Assembly (NCBI GenBank): GCA_965278965.1
Contig: OZ257127.1
Location: 2,808,567-2,872,566, forward strand
Direction of reading: 5' to 3'
Origin: Actinomycetes bacterium
Lineage (GTDB): Bacteria > Actinomycetota > Actinomycetes > S36-B12
DNA: 64,000 nucleotides
Shown here: positions 51,537 through 59,790 of the stretch, piece after piece
Numbering within the stretch: the stretch's first letter is position 1
How the letters are laid out: each line of letters begins with the position of its first letter
Translations under genes and position numbers: made by a program
Notes under the pieces: model-generated
Databases searched by the model: none
Seen by the model: the letters and a program-made list of their open reading frames with translations, nothing else
Told to the model about the DNA's origin: nothing

Positions 51537-51568
51537 GACAAAGTAGCTAAAACCGAGAGGTCAACGGC

Positions 51569-52441
51569 GTGACGCTGGTGGGCGAGCAGGAGGCGACGGC
51601 GACGGCCGTGGCCTCGTCCACCGCGCGCGTCCCGAGCCGCCCCCGTCGCCGCCATCGCCGGTCGGTCCCGGCGTGGGCGGCGGCGACGGGGGCGCTGGCC
51701 GCGTTCATCGCGATCTGGTGGGTTGTCGCCCGGCTGGAGATCTGGGACCCGATCTTCGTGCCGTCCCCAGAGTCGGTGCTCACCAAGCTCATCGAGACCT
51801 CGACGGTGCACGACGGACGCGTCGGCTACAACGGCCACTTGCTCATCGAGCACCTGTGGGCGACCCTGCGGCGCATCCTCGTCAGCGCGTCGGTCGCCGT
51901 GCTCGTCGGTGTCCCCGTCGGCCTGCTGCTCGGCCTGGTCCCCGTCTTCCGGCACGCGTTCGGCCCGGCGATCACGTTCTTGCGCCAGCTGCCGCCGCTG
52001 GCCTACTTCAGCCTGCTCATCATCTGGTTCGGGATCGACGAGAGCCCGAAGATCGTGCTCCTGGTGATCGCCGCGATGCCGCCGATCATCGTCGCGACCG
52101 CAGCCGGCATCGACGGCGTCAACCGGGACTACGTCTACGCCGCGCAGTCGCTCGGGGCGCACCGCCTCAGCCTCATCCAGACGGTGCTGCTGCCGGCATC
52201 GCTGCCCGAGATCTTCACGGGCATCCGGCTCGGCGTCGGCGTCGCGTACACCTCGGTCGTCGCGGCGGAGACGGTGAACGGCCTGCCAGGCATCGGCGGC
52301 ATGATCCGCGACGCCCAGCGCTACAACCAGACCTCTGTCGTCATCCTCGGGATCCTCGTCCTGGGCCTGACCGGCCTGGTCATCGAGCTGTGTCTGTCGC
52401 GTCTCCAGGCGCGCATGACCCCCTGGCGCGGTCGCGCCTAG
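51569..52441 (+). CDS. taurine/aliphatic-sulfonate-type ABC transporter permease
   Basis: 290-aa BPD-type permease (..PPLAYFSLLIIWFGIDESPKIVLL.. EAA-loop region). Confidence 0.8.
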   Translation: MTLVGEQEATATAVASSTARVPSRPRRRHRRSVPAWAAATGALAAFIAIWWVVARLEIWDPIFVPSPESVLTKLIETSTVHDGRVGYNGHLLIEHLWATLRRILVSASVAVLVGVPVGLLLGLVPVFRHAFGPAITFLRQLPPLAYFSLLIIWFGIDESPKIVLLVIAAMPPIIVATAAGIDGVNRDYVYAAQSLGAHRLSLIQTVLLPASLPEIFTGIRLGVGVAYTSVVAAETVNGLPGIGGMIRDAQRYNQTSVVILGILVLGLTGLVIELCLSRLQARMTPWRGRA

Positions 52442-52507
52442 CCCTCGGGCTCCCCTGACGCCGGCGCGTGCCGGCTGCCTCACCCATCCCTACCGAGAGG
52501 AAACGCA

Positions 52508-53638
52508 GTGTCCATTCGCACCAGACGTCCCCTGCCGGTCGCGGCGGTACTAGCCGCGGCAGTCCTGGCCGTGGCGGGCTGCTCGTCCAGCGGGAGCGCG
52601 GACGGAGCGTCCTCGTCGGCGCCGGACACCGAGGCCGCCGCTGCGACCTCGGCGGCAGCCCCCAGCGCGTCGAGCGCGCCGGCGGCCGCTGACGCCCCGG
52701 CTGAGATCCGCATCGCGTACCAGGCGATCCCGAACGGCGACCTCGTCGTGAAGAACCAGGGCTGGCTCGAGGAGGCCCTCCCAGGCACCACAATCACCTG
52801 GACGAAGTTCGACTCGGGCGGCGACGTAAACACGGCGGTCCTCGCCGGTGCCGTCGATATCGGCCTGGCCGGCAGCAGCCCCGTCACCGGTGGGTTGTCG
52901 GAGCCGAACAACATCCCGTACCGGGTGCCGTGGATCTTCGACGTCATCGGAGACGCGGAGTCCCTCGTCGTTCGCAACGACGCGGGCGTGACCGACGTCG
53001 TGGGGCTGAAGGGCAAGAAGATCGGCACGCCGTTCGCCTCGACCTCGCACTACAGCCTGCTTGCCGCGCTGAAGGAAGCCGGCCTGACCGAGAGCGACGT
53101 CACCCTCGTCGACCTGCAGCCGCCGGACATCCTGGCCGCCTGGCAGCGCGGGGACATCGACGCCGCCTACGTGTGGTCGCCGACGCTGGACGAGCTGAAG
53201 AAGGACGGCACAGTCCTCACGTCGTCCGCGGAGCTGGCGTCGAAGGGGTACCCGACGTACGACCTCGCTGTCGTCACGAACGACTTCAGCGAGAAGTACC
53301 CCGCGGCGGTGCAGGAGTGGTTGCGCCAGCAGAACAGAGCCGTGGAGCTCATCGCCTCGGATCCGGCGGCAGCAGCCGATGCGATCGCGGCCGAGCTGGG
53401 GATCACCGCGGACGAAGTGACCGCGCAGCTGGCCGGACTCGTGTTCCTTGGCCAGGAGGCGCAGAGTTCGGCCGACTACCTGGGCACGCCTGACCAGCCG
53501 GGGGCGTTCGCCGCCGGACTCCTCAAGGCGGCGGAGTTCCTGAAGACGCAGGGCAAGATCGACGCCGTGCCGTCGCTGGAGACGCTGCAGGCCGGCATCG
53601 ACACGTCCGACCTGAACGATGCGTTCGCCGGACAGTAG
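52508..53638 (+). CDS. taurine/sulfonate/nitrate-type ABC substrate-binding lipoprotein
   Basis: Lipobox (LAVAGCSSS), an Ala/Ser-rich linker and an NMT1/TauA-like sequence. Confidence 0.75.
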   Translation: MSIRTRRPLPVAAVLAAAVLAVAGCSSSGSADGASSSAPDTEAAAATSAAAPSASSAPAAADAPAEIRIAYQAIPNGDLVVKNQGWLEEALPGTTITWTKFDSGGDVNTAVLAGAVDIGLAGSSPVTGGLSEPNNIPYRVPWIFDVIGDAESLVVRNDAGVTDVVGLKGKKIGTPFASTSHYSLLAALKEAGLTESDVTLVDLQPPDILAAWQRGDIDAAYVWSPTLDELKKDGTVLTSSAELASKGYPTYDLAVVTNDFSEKYPAAVQEWLRQQNRAVELIASDPAAAADAIAAELGITADEVTAQLAGLVFLGQEAQSSADYLGTPDQPGAFAAGLLKAAEFLKTQGKIDAVPSLETLQAGIDTSDLNDAFAGQ

Positions 53639-53648
53639 CCCGGCGAGT

Positions 53649-53676
53649 CCGGATCCGGCCTTCGGGCCGGATCCGG
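53649..53676 (+). other. Perfect 12-bp GC hairpin with a TTCG loop, 10 nt after the substrate-binding gene stop
   Basis: ccggatccggcc-ttcg-ggccggatccgg, read directly. It is intercistronic if the ATPase starts at GTG 53709. Confidence 0.7.
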
Positions 53677-53708
53677 GCGGACGCGCTGCGGCGACGACTG
53701 GTGGTCGC

Positions 53709-54464
53709 GTGACGTTCGAGGGCGTCACGCAGGTGTTCGGCGAGGGGCGCGACGAGCGCGTCGCCGTCGAGGAGGTCGATCTCGACATCGCGCCGGGCGA
53801 GCTCGTGTGCCTCGTCGGCCCTTCCGGCTGCGGCAAGTCGAGCCTGCTCAACCTTGTCGCCGGCTTCGCGGAGCCGGCGGTCGGCCGGGTGCTCGTCGAC
53901 GGCGTCGAGGTCGACGGCCCGGGGGCAGATCGAGGAATGGTCTTCCAGCACCACCGGCTGTTCCCGTGGATGTCGGTGCGCCGCAACGTCGAATTCGGCC
54001 CCCGGCGGGCGGGGGTGTCGAAGGCCCGAAGCAGGGAGATCGCCGAGGACCAGCTCGCGCTCGTCGGCCTCGCCGACGTCGCGGACCGTCCGCCGTACGA
54101 GCTGTCCGGTGGCATGCAGCAACGGGCGGCCATCGCGCGCGCCCTCGCCGGCCGGCCGCGGGTCCTGCTGATGGATGAGCCGTTCTCCGCGCTGGATGCC
54201 CTGACCCGTGAACGGTTGCAGGACGAGCTCATCGCCATCTGGCGGGCGACCGGCGTGACTGTCGTGTTCGTCACCCACAGCGTCGACGAGGCCGTCTACC
54301 TGGCCAGTCGGCTCCTCGTGCTCAGCGCGCACCCGGGCCGGATCCTGGTCGACCGGACGGTGCCGTTCTCGTCGTCGGCCCGCCCAACGCGCAGCCGGAC
54401 CGAGCCGGAGTTCGCGTCGACCCGCGACGAGCTGTCCGCCGTGCTTCGCCAGACCGCCGCCTGA
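53709..54464 (+). CDS. ABC transporter ATP-binding protein (TauB/SsuB-like)
   Basis: Walker A GPSGCGKSS, signature LSGGMQQR, Walker B LLMDEP. The start at GTG 53709 is preferred over ATG 53619, because the 30-aa extension is Pro/Gly/Ser-rich and contains the hairpin. Confidence 0.8.
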   Translation: MTFEGVTQVFGEGRDERVAVEEVDLDIAPGELVCLVGPSGCGKSSLLNLVAGFAEPAVGRVLVDGVEVDGPGADRGMVFQHHRLFPWMSVRRNVEFGPRRAGVSKARSREIAEDQLALVGLADVADRPPYELSGGMQQRAAIARALAGRPRVLLMDEPFSALDALTRERLQDELIAIWRATGVTVVFVTHSVDEAVYLASRLLVLSAHPGRILVDRTVPFSSSARPTRSRTEPEFASTRDELSAVLRQTAA

Positions 54465-54481
54465 GAGCAGAGGAGCCCCCC

Positions 54482-54751
54482 ATGACCCGCCGTTCCCGGC
54501 TGATCACCGATGCCGACCCGAGTTGGCAGGCCGACGCACGCTGCCTCGGGCTCGACCCCGACCTGTTCTTCCCGGCGGACAAGACCAACGCCGCGGGGTA
54601 CGAGGAGGCGGCCGCTCGGGCCGTGTGCCGCCGCTGCCCGGTGAGCGCGCAGTGTGTCGCGTGGGCCTTGGCGATCGGCGCGAGCGATGGGATCTGGGGC
54701 GGCTTCACCGCCGCGGAGCTCCGTCGCCGCACCGCGTCCCGCGTCGCGTAG
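54482..54751 (+). CDS. WhiB-family [4Fe-4S] transcriptional regulator
   Basis: Four Cys (C..C-X2-C-X5-C), a GIWGG turn and a basic tail. GAGGAG RBS upstream. Confidence 0.85.
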   Translation: MTRRSRLITDADPSWQADARCLGLDPDLFFPADKTNAAGYEEAAARAVCRRCPVSAQCVAWALAIGASDGIWGGFTAAELRRRTASRVA

Positions 54752-54772
54752 GCCTCCGGATACCGTGAGCCG

Positions 54773-55804
54773 GTGAGCGCGTTCGCCGACATCCCAGTCG
54801 TGTCGCTCGCTGCCGGTCGCGACGACCCGGCGTTCTCGGACTCGCTCGTCCGCATCTGCCACGAGGTCGGCTTCTTCATGCTCGTCGACCACGGCGTGCC
54901 CGACGACGTGCTGGACCGGTACGTCGAGCAGCTGCAGGCGTTCTTCGCTCTGCCCGCCGACGTCAAGGAGCGCATCGACAAGCACCGCTCGCCGCACTTC
55001 CGCGGGTGGGAACGCGTCGGCGCCGAGCTGACGGACAACCGGGTCGACTACCGCGAGCAGCTCGACCTCGGGACCGAGAACCCGCCGTACCCCGCGGACG
55101 CCGAACCGGCGTACCTGCGGCTGGACGGTCCGAACCAATGGCTGCCGGAGGATGTCCTGCCCGGCTTCCGGGCAACGGTCACCGACCTGCTCGCGCGCCT
55201 CGCGACCATCGCCGAGGAGCTCATGGCGCACCTCGCCGTCGGCCTCGGCCTTCCGGCCCGGTCGTTCCGTGACGCGTTCGGTGAGCGGCCACTGTCGTTG
55301 GCGAAGCTCATCTCCTACCCGCCGACACCGCCGGGCGAGGCCGGGGTCAACAGCCACCACGACGCGGGGTTCCTGACGGTCCTGCTCCAGCACGGCGTCG
55401 GCGGGCTGGAGGCGCAGAACCCCGACGGCGACTGGATCCCGGTCCCGCCGACGCCGGGAGCGTTCGCGATCAACCTCGGCGAGATGCTCCAGTCGATGAC
55501 GGGCAACTACCTCGTGGCCACGACCCACCGCGTGATCTCACGGGAGCAGCGCTTCTCCTCCGCCTACTTCCACGGCCCCGACCTTCGCGCGCACCTGGCC
55601 CCGCTCGCCCTTGCGCCGCGGTTCGCCGAGGCCGTCGCCGCCAGCCCGCGTCATCGCGATGCCGGCTTCATGGCCAAGCGCGATGAGCTGCTCGCCGGGG
55701 AGTCGGGGACGCGGAGCACTCCCACCGCTGTGTACGGGCAGATGCTGTGGAACTACTACGCCCGCAGCTATCCCGACGTCCTCCGCGAGCACTACGGGGT
55801 CTGA
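54773..55804 (+). CDS. 2OG-Fe(II) oxygenase (isopenicillin-N-synthase family)
   Basis: HHDAGFLTVLLQ (HxD), distal His ATTHRV and RFSSAYF (RxS). Confidence 0.8.
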   Translation: MSAFADIPVVSLAAGRDDPAFSDSLVRICHEVGFFMLVDHGVPDDVLDRYVEQLQAFFALPADVKERIDKHRSPHFRGWERVGAELTDNRVDYREQLDLGTENPPYPADAEPAYLRLDGPNQWLPEDVLPGFRATVTDLLARLATIAEELMAHLAVGLGLPARSFRDAFGERPLSLAKLISYPPTPPGEAGVNSHHDAGFLTVLLQHGVGGLEAQNPDGDWIPVPPTPGAFAINLGEMLQSMTGNYLVATTHRVISREQRFSSAYFHGPDLRAHLAPLALAPRFAEAVAASPRHRDAGFMAKRDELLAGESGTRSTPTAVYGQMLWNYYARSYPDVLREHYGV

Positions 55805-55876
55805 CCCGGCGAGCGTCTGACCGCGAGGCCGTCGAAGCCCCGGCGCCGATCGCTCGCGTGCGGCACGATCACGGGC

Positions 55877-57256
55877 ATGACCGAGCCGGCGTTCCGCACC
55901 ATCTTCGAGCCGTTCCGCATCCACTCCGTTGAGCCGCTGACGATGACGACTGCCGAGCAGCGACGGGCCGCGCTCGTGGCAGCCGGCTACAACCTGTTCC
56001 GCGTCGACGCGACGGACGTCCTCATCGACCTGCTCACCGACTCCGGCACGGGCGCAATGAGCCGCGACCAGTGGGCGGCGCTGCAGCACGGCGACGAGTC
56101 GTACGCGGGGTCGCCGTCGTACTACCTGTTCCGCGACGCCGTTCGCGCGCTGTTCCCGTTCGAGCACATCATCCCCACGCATCAGGGACGCGCAGCGGAG
56201 CGGATCCTCTTCAGCGTGGTGGGCGGGCCGGGCAGGGTCGTCCCGAACAACACGCACTTCGACACCACCCGCGCGAACATCGAGTACACCGGTGCTGAGG
56301 CGATCGACCTCGTCATCCCCGAAGGCCGCGACCCCCAGGCCGTGCACCCCTTCAAGGGGAACATGGACGTCGATGCGCTCGACCGCCTCCTCACCGAGCG
56401 CGGCGACGACGTGCCACTGGTGATGATGACGATCACCAACAACAGCGGCGGCGGCCAGCCGGTCTCACTGGCAAACCTGCACGAGGTGCGGCGGGTCTGT
56501 GACGCACACGGCAAGCCGTTGTTCCTCGACGCGTGCCGCTTCGCCGAGAACGCCTGGTTCATCCGATCGCGCGAGGAGGGCCAGGGCGACCGGGACGTCG
56601 TCGACATCGTCCGGGAGATCGCCGGCCTGGCTGACGGCATGACGATGAGCGCGAAGAAGGACCCGATGGGCAACATCGGCGGGTGGCTGGCGATGGCCGA
56701 CGACGACCTCGCTCGACGCTGCCGCGACCTGCTGATCCTCACCGAGGGCTTCCCGACCTACGGCGGCCTCGCCGGCCGCGACCTTGAGGCGCTCGCGCAG
56801 GGCCTGACCGAGGTCGTCGACCACGACTACCTGCGCTACCGCATCCGGTCGACCGAGTACGTCGGCGGCGCCCTGCACGACGCGGGCATCCCGGTCATCC
56901 GCCCGATCGGCGGGCACGCCGTCTACATCGACGCGCGCGCGATGCTGCCGCACATCGACCCGCTCGCGTACCCGGGCCAGGCCCTGGCCGTCGCGCTGTA
57001 CGAGGCCGGCGGGATCCGCACGTGCGAGATCGGCACGGTGATGTTCGGCCGTCGCCCGGACGGGTCGGAGGTGCCGGCGGCGCTCGACCTCGTGCGGCTG
57101 GCGATCCCGCGTCGCACGTACACGCAGAGCCATATGGACTACGTGGTCGAGGTGTGCCGGTATGTCGCCGGGCGTGCGGGCGACCTCACCGGCCTGCGCA
57201 TCGTCGAGGAACCCCCGACCCTGCGGCACTTCACCGCGACCTTCGCCCCGCTCTGA
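55877..57256 (+). CDS. beta-eliminating lyase (tryptophanase / tyrosine phenol-lyase family)
   Basis: FRTIFEPFRI, DLLTDSGTGAMS and the PLP-lysine motif MSAKKDPMGNIGG. Confidence 0.8.
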   Translation: MTEPAFRTIFEPFRIHSVEPLTMTTAEQRRAALVAAGYNLFRVDATDVLIDLLTDSGTGAMSRDQWAALQHGDESYAGSPSYYLFRDAVRALFPFEHIIPTHQGRAAERILFSVVGGPGRVVPNNTHFDTTRANIEYTGAEAIDLVIPEGRDPQAVHPFKGNMDVDALDRLLTERGDDVPLVMMTITNNSGGGQPVSLANLHEVRRVCDAHGKPLFLDACRFAENAWFIRSREEGQGDRDVVDIVREIAGLADGMTMSAKKDPMGNIGGWLAMADDDLARRCRDLLILTEGFPTYGGLAGRDLEALAQGLTEVVDHDYLRYRIRSTEYVGGALHDAGIPVIRPIGGHAVYIDARAMLPHIDPLAYPGQALAVALYEAGGIRTCEIGTVMFGRRPDGSEVPAALDLVRLAIPRRTYTQSHMDYVVEVCRYVAGRAGDLTGLRIVEEPPTLRHFTATFAPL

Positions 57257-57272
57257 CCGCCGACGCGCCTCT

Positions 57273-57315
57273 AGTGGTCGTTATGCGGGCGGAATGTCCG
57301 TTTATTACGACCACT
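57273..57315. terminator. AT-rich compound hairpin (9-bp outer stem AGTGGTCGT/ACGACCACT) between convergent genes
   Basis: Read directly. Lies between the lyase stop (57256) and the aldo/keto reductase stop (57332). Confidence 0.6.
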
Positions 57316-57331
57316 CAAGGCGCCTCGGCGG

Positions 57332-58288
57332 CTAGGCGGAGGCGGTGTCGAGCGCGGCGACCTCGTCCGGCGTGAGCACGAGATCGCCGACGGCCAGCAG
57401 GTCCGTCAGCTGGTCCAGGTTTCGCGCGCTCGCGAGCGGGGCGATGACGCCCGGCCGGGACAGCAGCCAGCCCAGTGCGACGGCGGCCTGCGTGACACCG
57501 TGCGCCTGAGCGACCTCGGCGAGCACGGTAAGCACGGCATCACCGCGCGGGCCGATGTACGGCTCCGCACCCTTGGCGCGCGGGCTGTCGATCGTGATGC
57601 CGGGCGCGTACTTGCCGGTGAGGAACCCGCGGGCCAGGGAGTAGTACGGGAAGACGCCTAGCCCGAACTCCGCGACGACCGGCGCGATCTGGTCCTCGAA
57701 CTTCACGCGCTCCATGAGGTTGTACTGGTCCTGGGTCGCGACGTACGCGGTCAGGCCCTCCGCGGCCGCGACCTCCATCGACTCACGCAGCCGCTCGCCG
57801 GTGAAGTTCGACGCGGCGACGTGGCGCACCTTCCCCGCGGCGATCAGCTCCCCGAAGGCGCCCAGCGACTCGGCGATCGGCACCTCCGGGTCGTCCTCAT
57901 GCGCATAGAACAGGTCGATGTAGTCGGTCTGCAGACGCCGCAGCGAGTCGTCGCAGGCACGGCGGATCGTGTCCGGCGCAAGCCCGCGCGCCGTCGACAG
58001 CTTGCCGACCTTCGTCGCGATGACCATGTCCGCACGGTTCGCGCGGGCCGACATCCACTCGCCCATGATCAGCTCGGAGTCGCCGCCGGTGTTCCCCGGG
58101 ATCCACTCGGAGTACACGTCCGCGGTGTCGATGAAGTTGCCGCCCGCATCGGCGTACGCGTCGAGCACGGCGAACGACTGGTCGCGGTCCGCCGTCCAGC
58201 CGAACACGTTGCCGCCGAGGGCCAGCGGCGTGACGAGCAGGTCGGTGGGTCCCAGTGCGCGGGAGGCAGTCATCGGCATGCACCGCAT
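57332..58288 (-). CDS. aldo/keto reductase
   Basis: TPLALGGNVFGW..., typical AKR length. The start is one of ATG 58288, 58279 or 58273. The upstream 98 aa of ORF 57332-58582 overlap trmB and are Arg/Pro-rich. Confidence 0.8.
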   Translation of the reverse strand: MRCMPMTASRALGPTDLLVTPLALGGNVFGWTADRDQSFAVLDAYADAGGNFIDTADVYSEWIPGNTGGDSELIMGEWMSARANRADMVIATKVGKLSTARGLAPDTIRRACDDSLRRLQTDYIDLFYAHEDDPEVPIAESLGAFGELIAAGKVRHVAASNFTGERLRESMEVAAAEGLTAYVATQDQYNLMERVKFEDQIAPVVAEFGLGVFPYYSLARGFLTGKYAPGITIDSPRAKGAEPYIGPRGDAVLTVLAEVAQAHGVTQAAVALGWLLSRPGVIAPLASARNLDQLTDLLAVGDLVLTPDEVAALDTASA

Positions 58289-58311
58289 TGTGCACGCGCC
58301 GACCGGCGGCC

Positions 58312-59052
58312 TCAGTCTCGGGTGCGGTAGACGAGGTCGGTGACCGGACGACCTGCGGCGAGCGCACGTCGCTCGAACCGGGTCACGGGACGCTCCGGCG
58401 GACGGGCGACGACGCCACCGGTCCACCCGTCGCTGGTATCGAGGCACGCGACCATCGCCTCCGCGTACTCCGGCCAGTCGGTGGCCAGGTGCCACCACCC
58501 GCCAGGGACGAGGCGGTCCCGGACGAGCGCGGCCACGGCCGGCTGCACGAGCCGACGCTTGTGGTGGCGGGCCTTCGGCCACGGGTCGGGGAAGAACGTG
58601 CGCAGACCCGTCAAGGAAGCCGGCGGGACCATTCGGTCGAGGACGGCCAGACCGTCGCCCTCCACGACGCGGACGTTCACGAGCCCGGCCTCGTCGATGC
58701 GTGCGAGCAGCTCGCCGACACCGGGGGTGTGGACGTCGACGGCGAGGACGCCGACCGCCGGTTCGGACGCCGCGAGCGCGGCGGTGGCCGCGCCGTCGCC
58801 GAACCCGAGCTCGACGACGACCGGGACGCCCGCCCCGAAGACGGCGTCCAGGTCGAGCGGCACGTCGCCGGAGCTCAGGAGGAACGCGCTGCCGCGCGCC
58901 AGCGCCCGCGACGCCCGCACGGTCGGCCGGGAACGGCGCGGCTTGTAGGTGCGCACCCCGCGCGGCAGGACGCTGCTGCGCGGCTGGGATCGCAGGTCGG
59001 CGCGCGGGACCGGCCGTGCGTCACGCCCGTGGTCCGGCTCGTCGACGGTCAC
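58312..59052 (-). CDS. trmB: tRNA (guanine46-N7)-methyltransferase
   Basis: VVELGFGDG SAM motif and FFPDPWPKARHHKRRL. Confidence 0.85.
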   Translation of the reverse strand: MTVDEPDHGRDARPVPRADLRSQPRSSVLPRGVRTYKPRRSRPTVRASRALARGSAFLLSSGDVPLDLDAVFGAGVPVVVELGFGDGAATAALAASEPAVGVLAVDVHTPGVGELLARIDEAGLVNVRVVEGDGLAVLDRMVPPASLTGLRTFFPDPWPKARHHKRRLVQPAVAALVRDRLVPGGWWHLATDWPEYAEAMVACLDTSDGWTGGVVARPPERPVTRFERRALAAGRPVTDLVYRTRD

Positions 59053-59777
59053 GGAACCTCGCCGGCGACGTCGAGCAGCAGCGGGGCGAGCACGCGACGG
59101 CGCGCCTCAGCCTCGATGACCCACGCCGAGCCACGTCCGCGCGCACGGAACTCCCAGGGGCCCGGGTCGGCCGCCGGCTCGCCGGCAAGCGCGGTCGCGC
59201 GGTCGAGCCCGACGACCGTCGCCCGCGGGTCGGCCAGCCGCGCGAGCACGGAGTGGGGGATGGCGGGGCCGAGGCCGTCGATGTCGGGCACGAGACGTAG
59301 GGCCGGGACCACGCCAAGACCGCGGCTGGGGCCTGACCGGCTGGGCCGTGCCTCCGGGACGCTGCCGCACAACGCCATCGCCGCGACGCCACTGGCGGCG
59401 ATCGCGGCCCCGTCGCGCCACGCGGCGAGGACGGCCTCCCAGACCGCCGACGCGCGCAGCGTCTGGACGACGTAGCCGCTCGTCTCCCCGACGAGCAGGA
59501 CGAGCCCCGCGCCGGCGACGGCCTCGGCGAGCGCGGGTGAGGTCGCGTCGTCACGGGTGCGGACGTCGACGGCGCCGAGCTCTGCCCCCAGCCGGGCCAC
59601 CGTCTGCTCGCTTTGCTCGCGCCACTGCGCGAGGGTTCGCGCTCCGTCGAACCCGCCGACGACGCCAACCTGCACGACGCGACGCGGCTGGTCCTCCAGG
59701 GCCCAGCCGAGAACGTCCTGCATCGCCGGCTCGTGCTCACCGCTGCCGATGAGGGCGAGGCGGCCGGGAGTCGTCAC
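59049..59777 (-). CDS. type-1 glutamine-amidotransferase-like / peptidase S51-like protein
   Basis: 242 aa. LALIGSGE.. and LVLLVGETSGYVVQTL.. resemble the cyanophycinase/peptidase-E fold. GTGA overlap with trmB. Call is tentative. Confidence 0.45.
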   Translation of the reverse strand: MTTPGRLALIGSGEHEPAMQDVLGWALEDQPRRVVQVGVVGGFDGARTLAQWREQSEQTVARLGAELGAVDVRTRDDATSPALAEAVAGAGLVLLVGETSGYVVQTLRASAVWEAVLAAWRDGAAIAASGVAAMALCGSVPEARPSRSGPSRGLGVVPALRLVPDIDGLGPAIPHSVLARLADPRATVVGLDRATALAGEPAADPGPWEFRARGRGSAWVIEAEARRRVLAPLLLDVAGEVP

Positions 59778-59790
59778 CCGGGCAGGGTAG

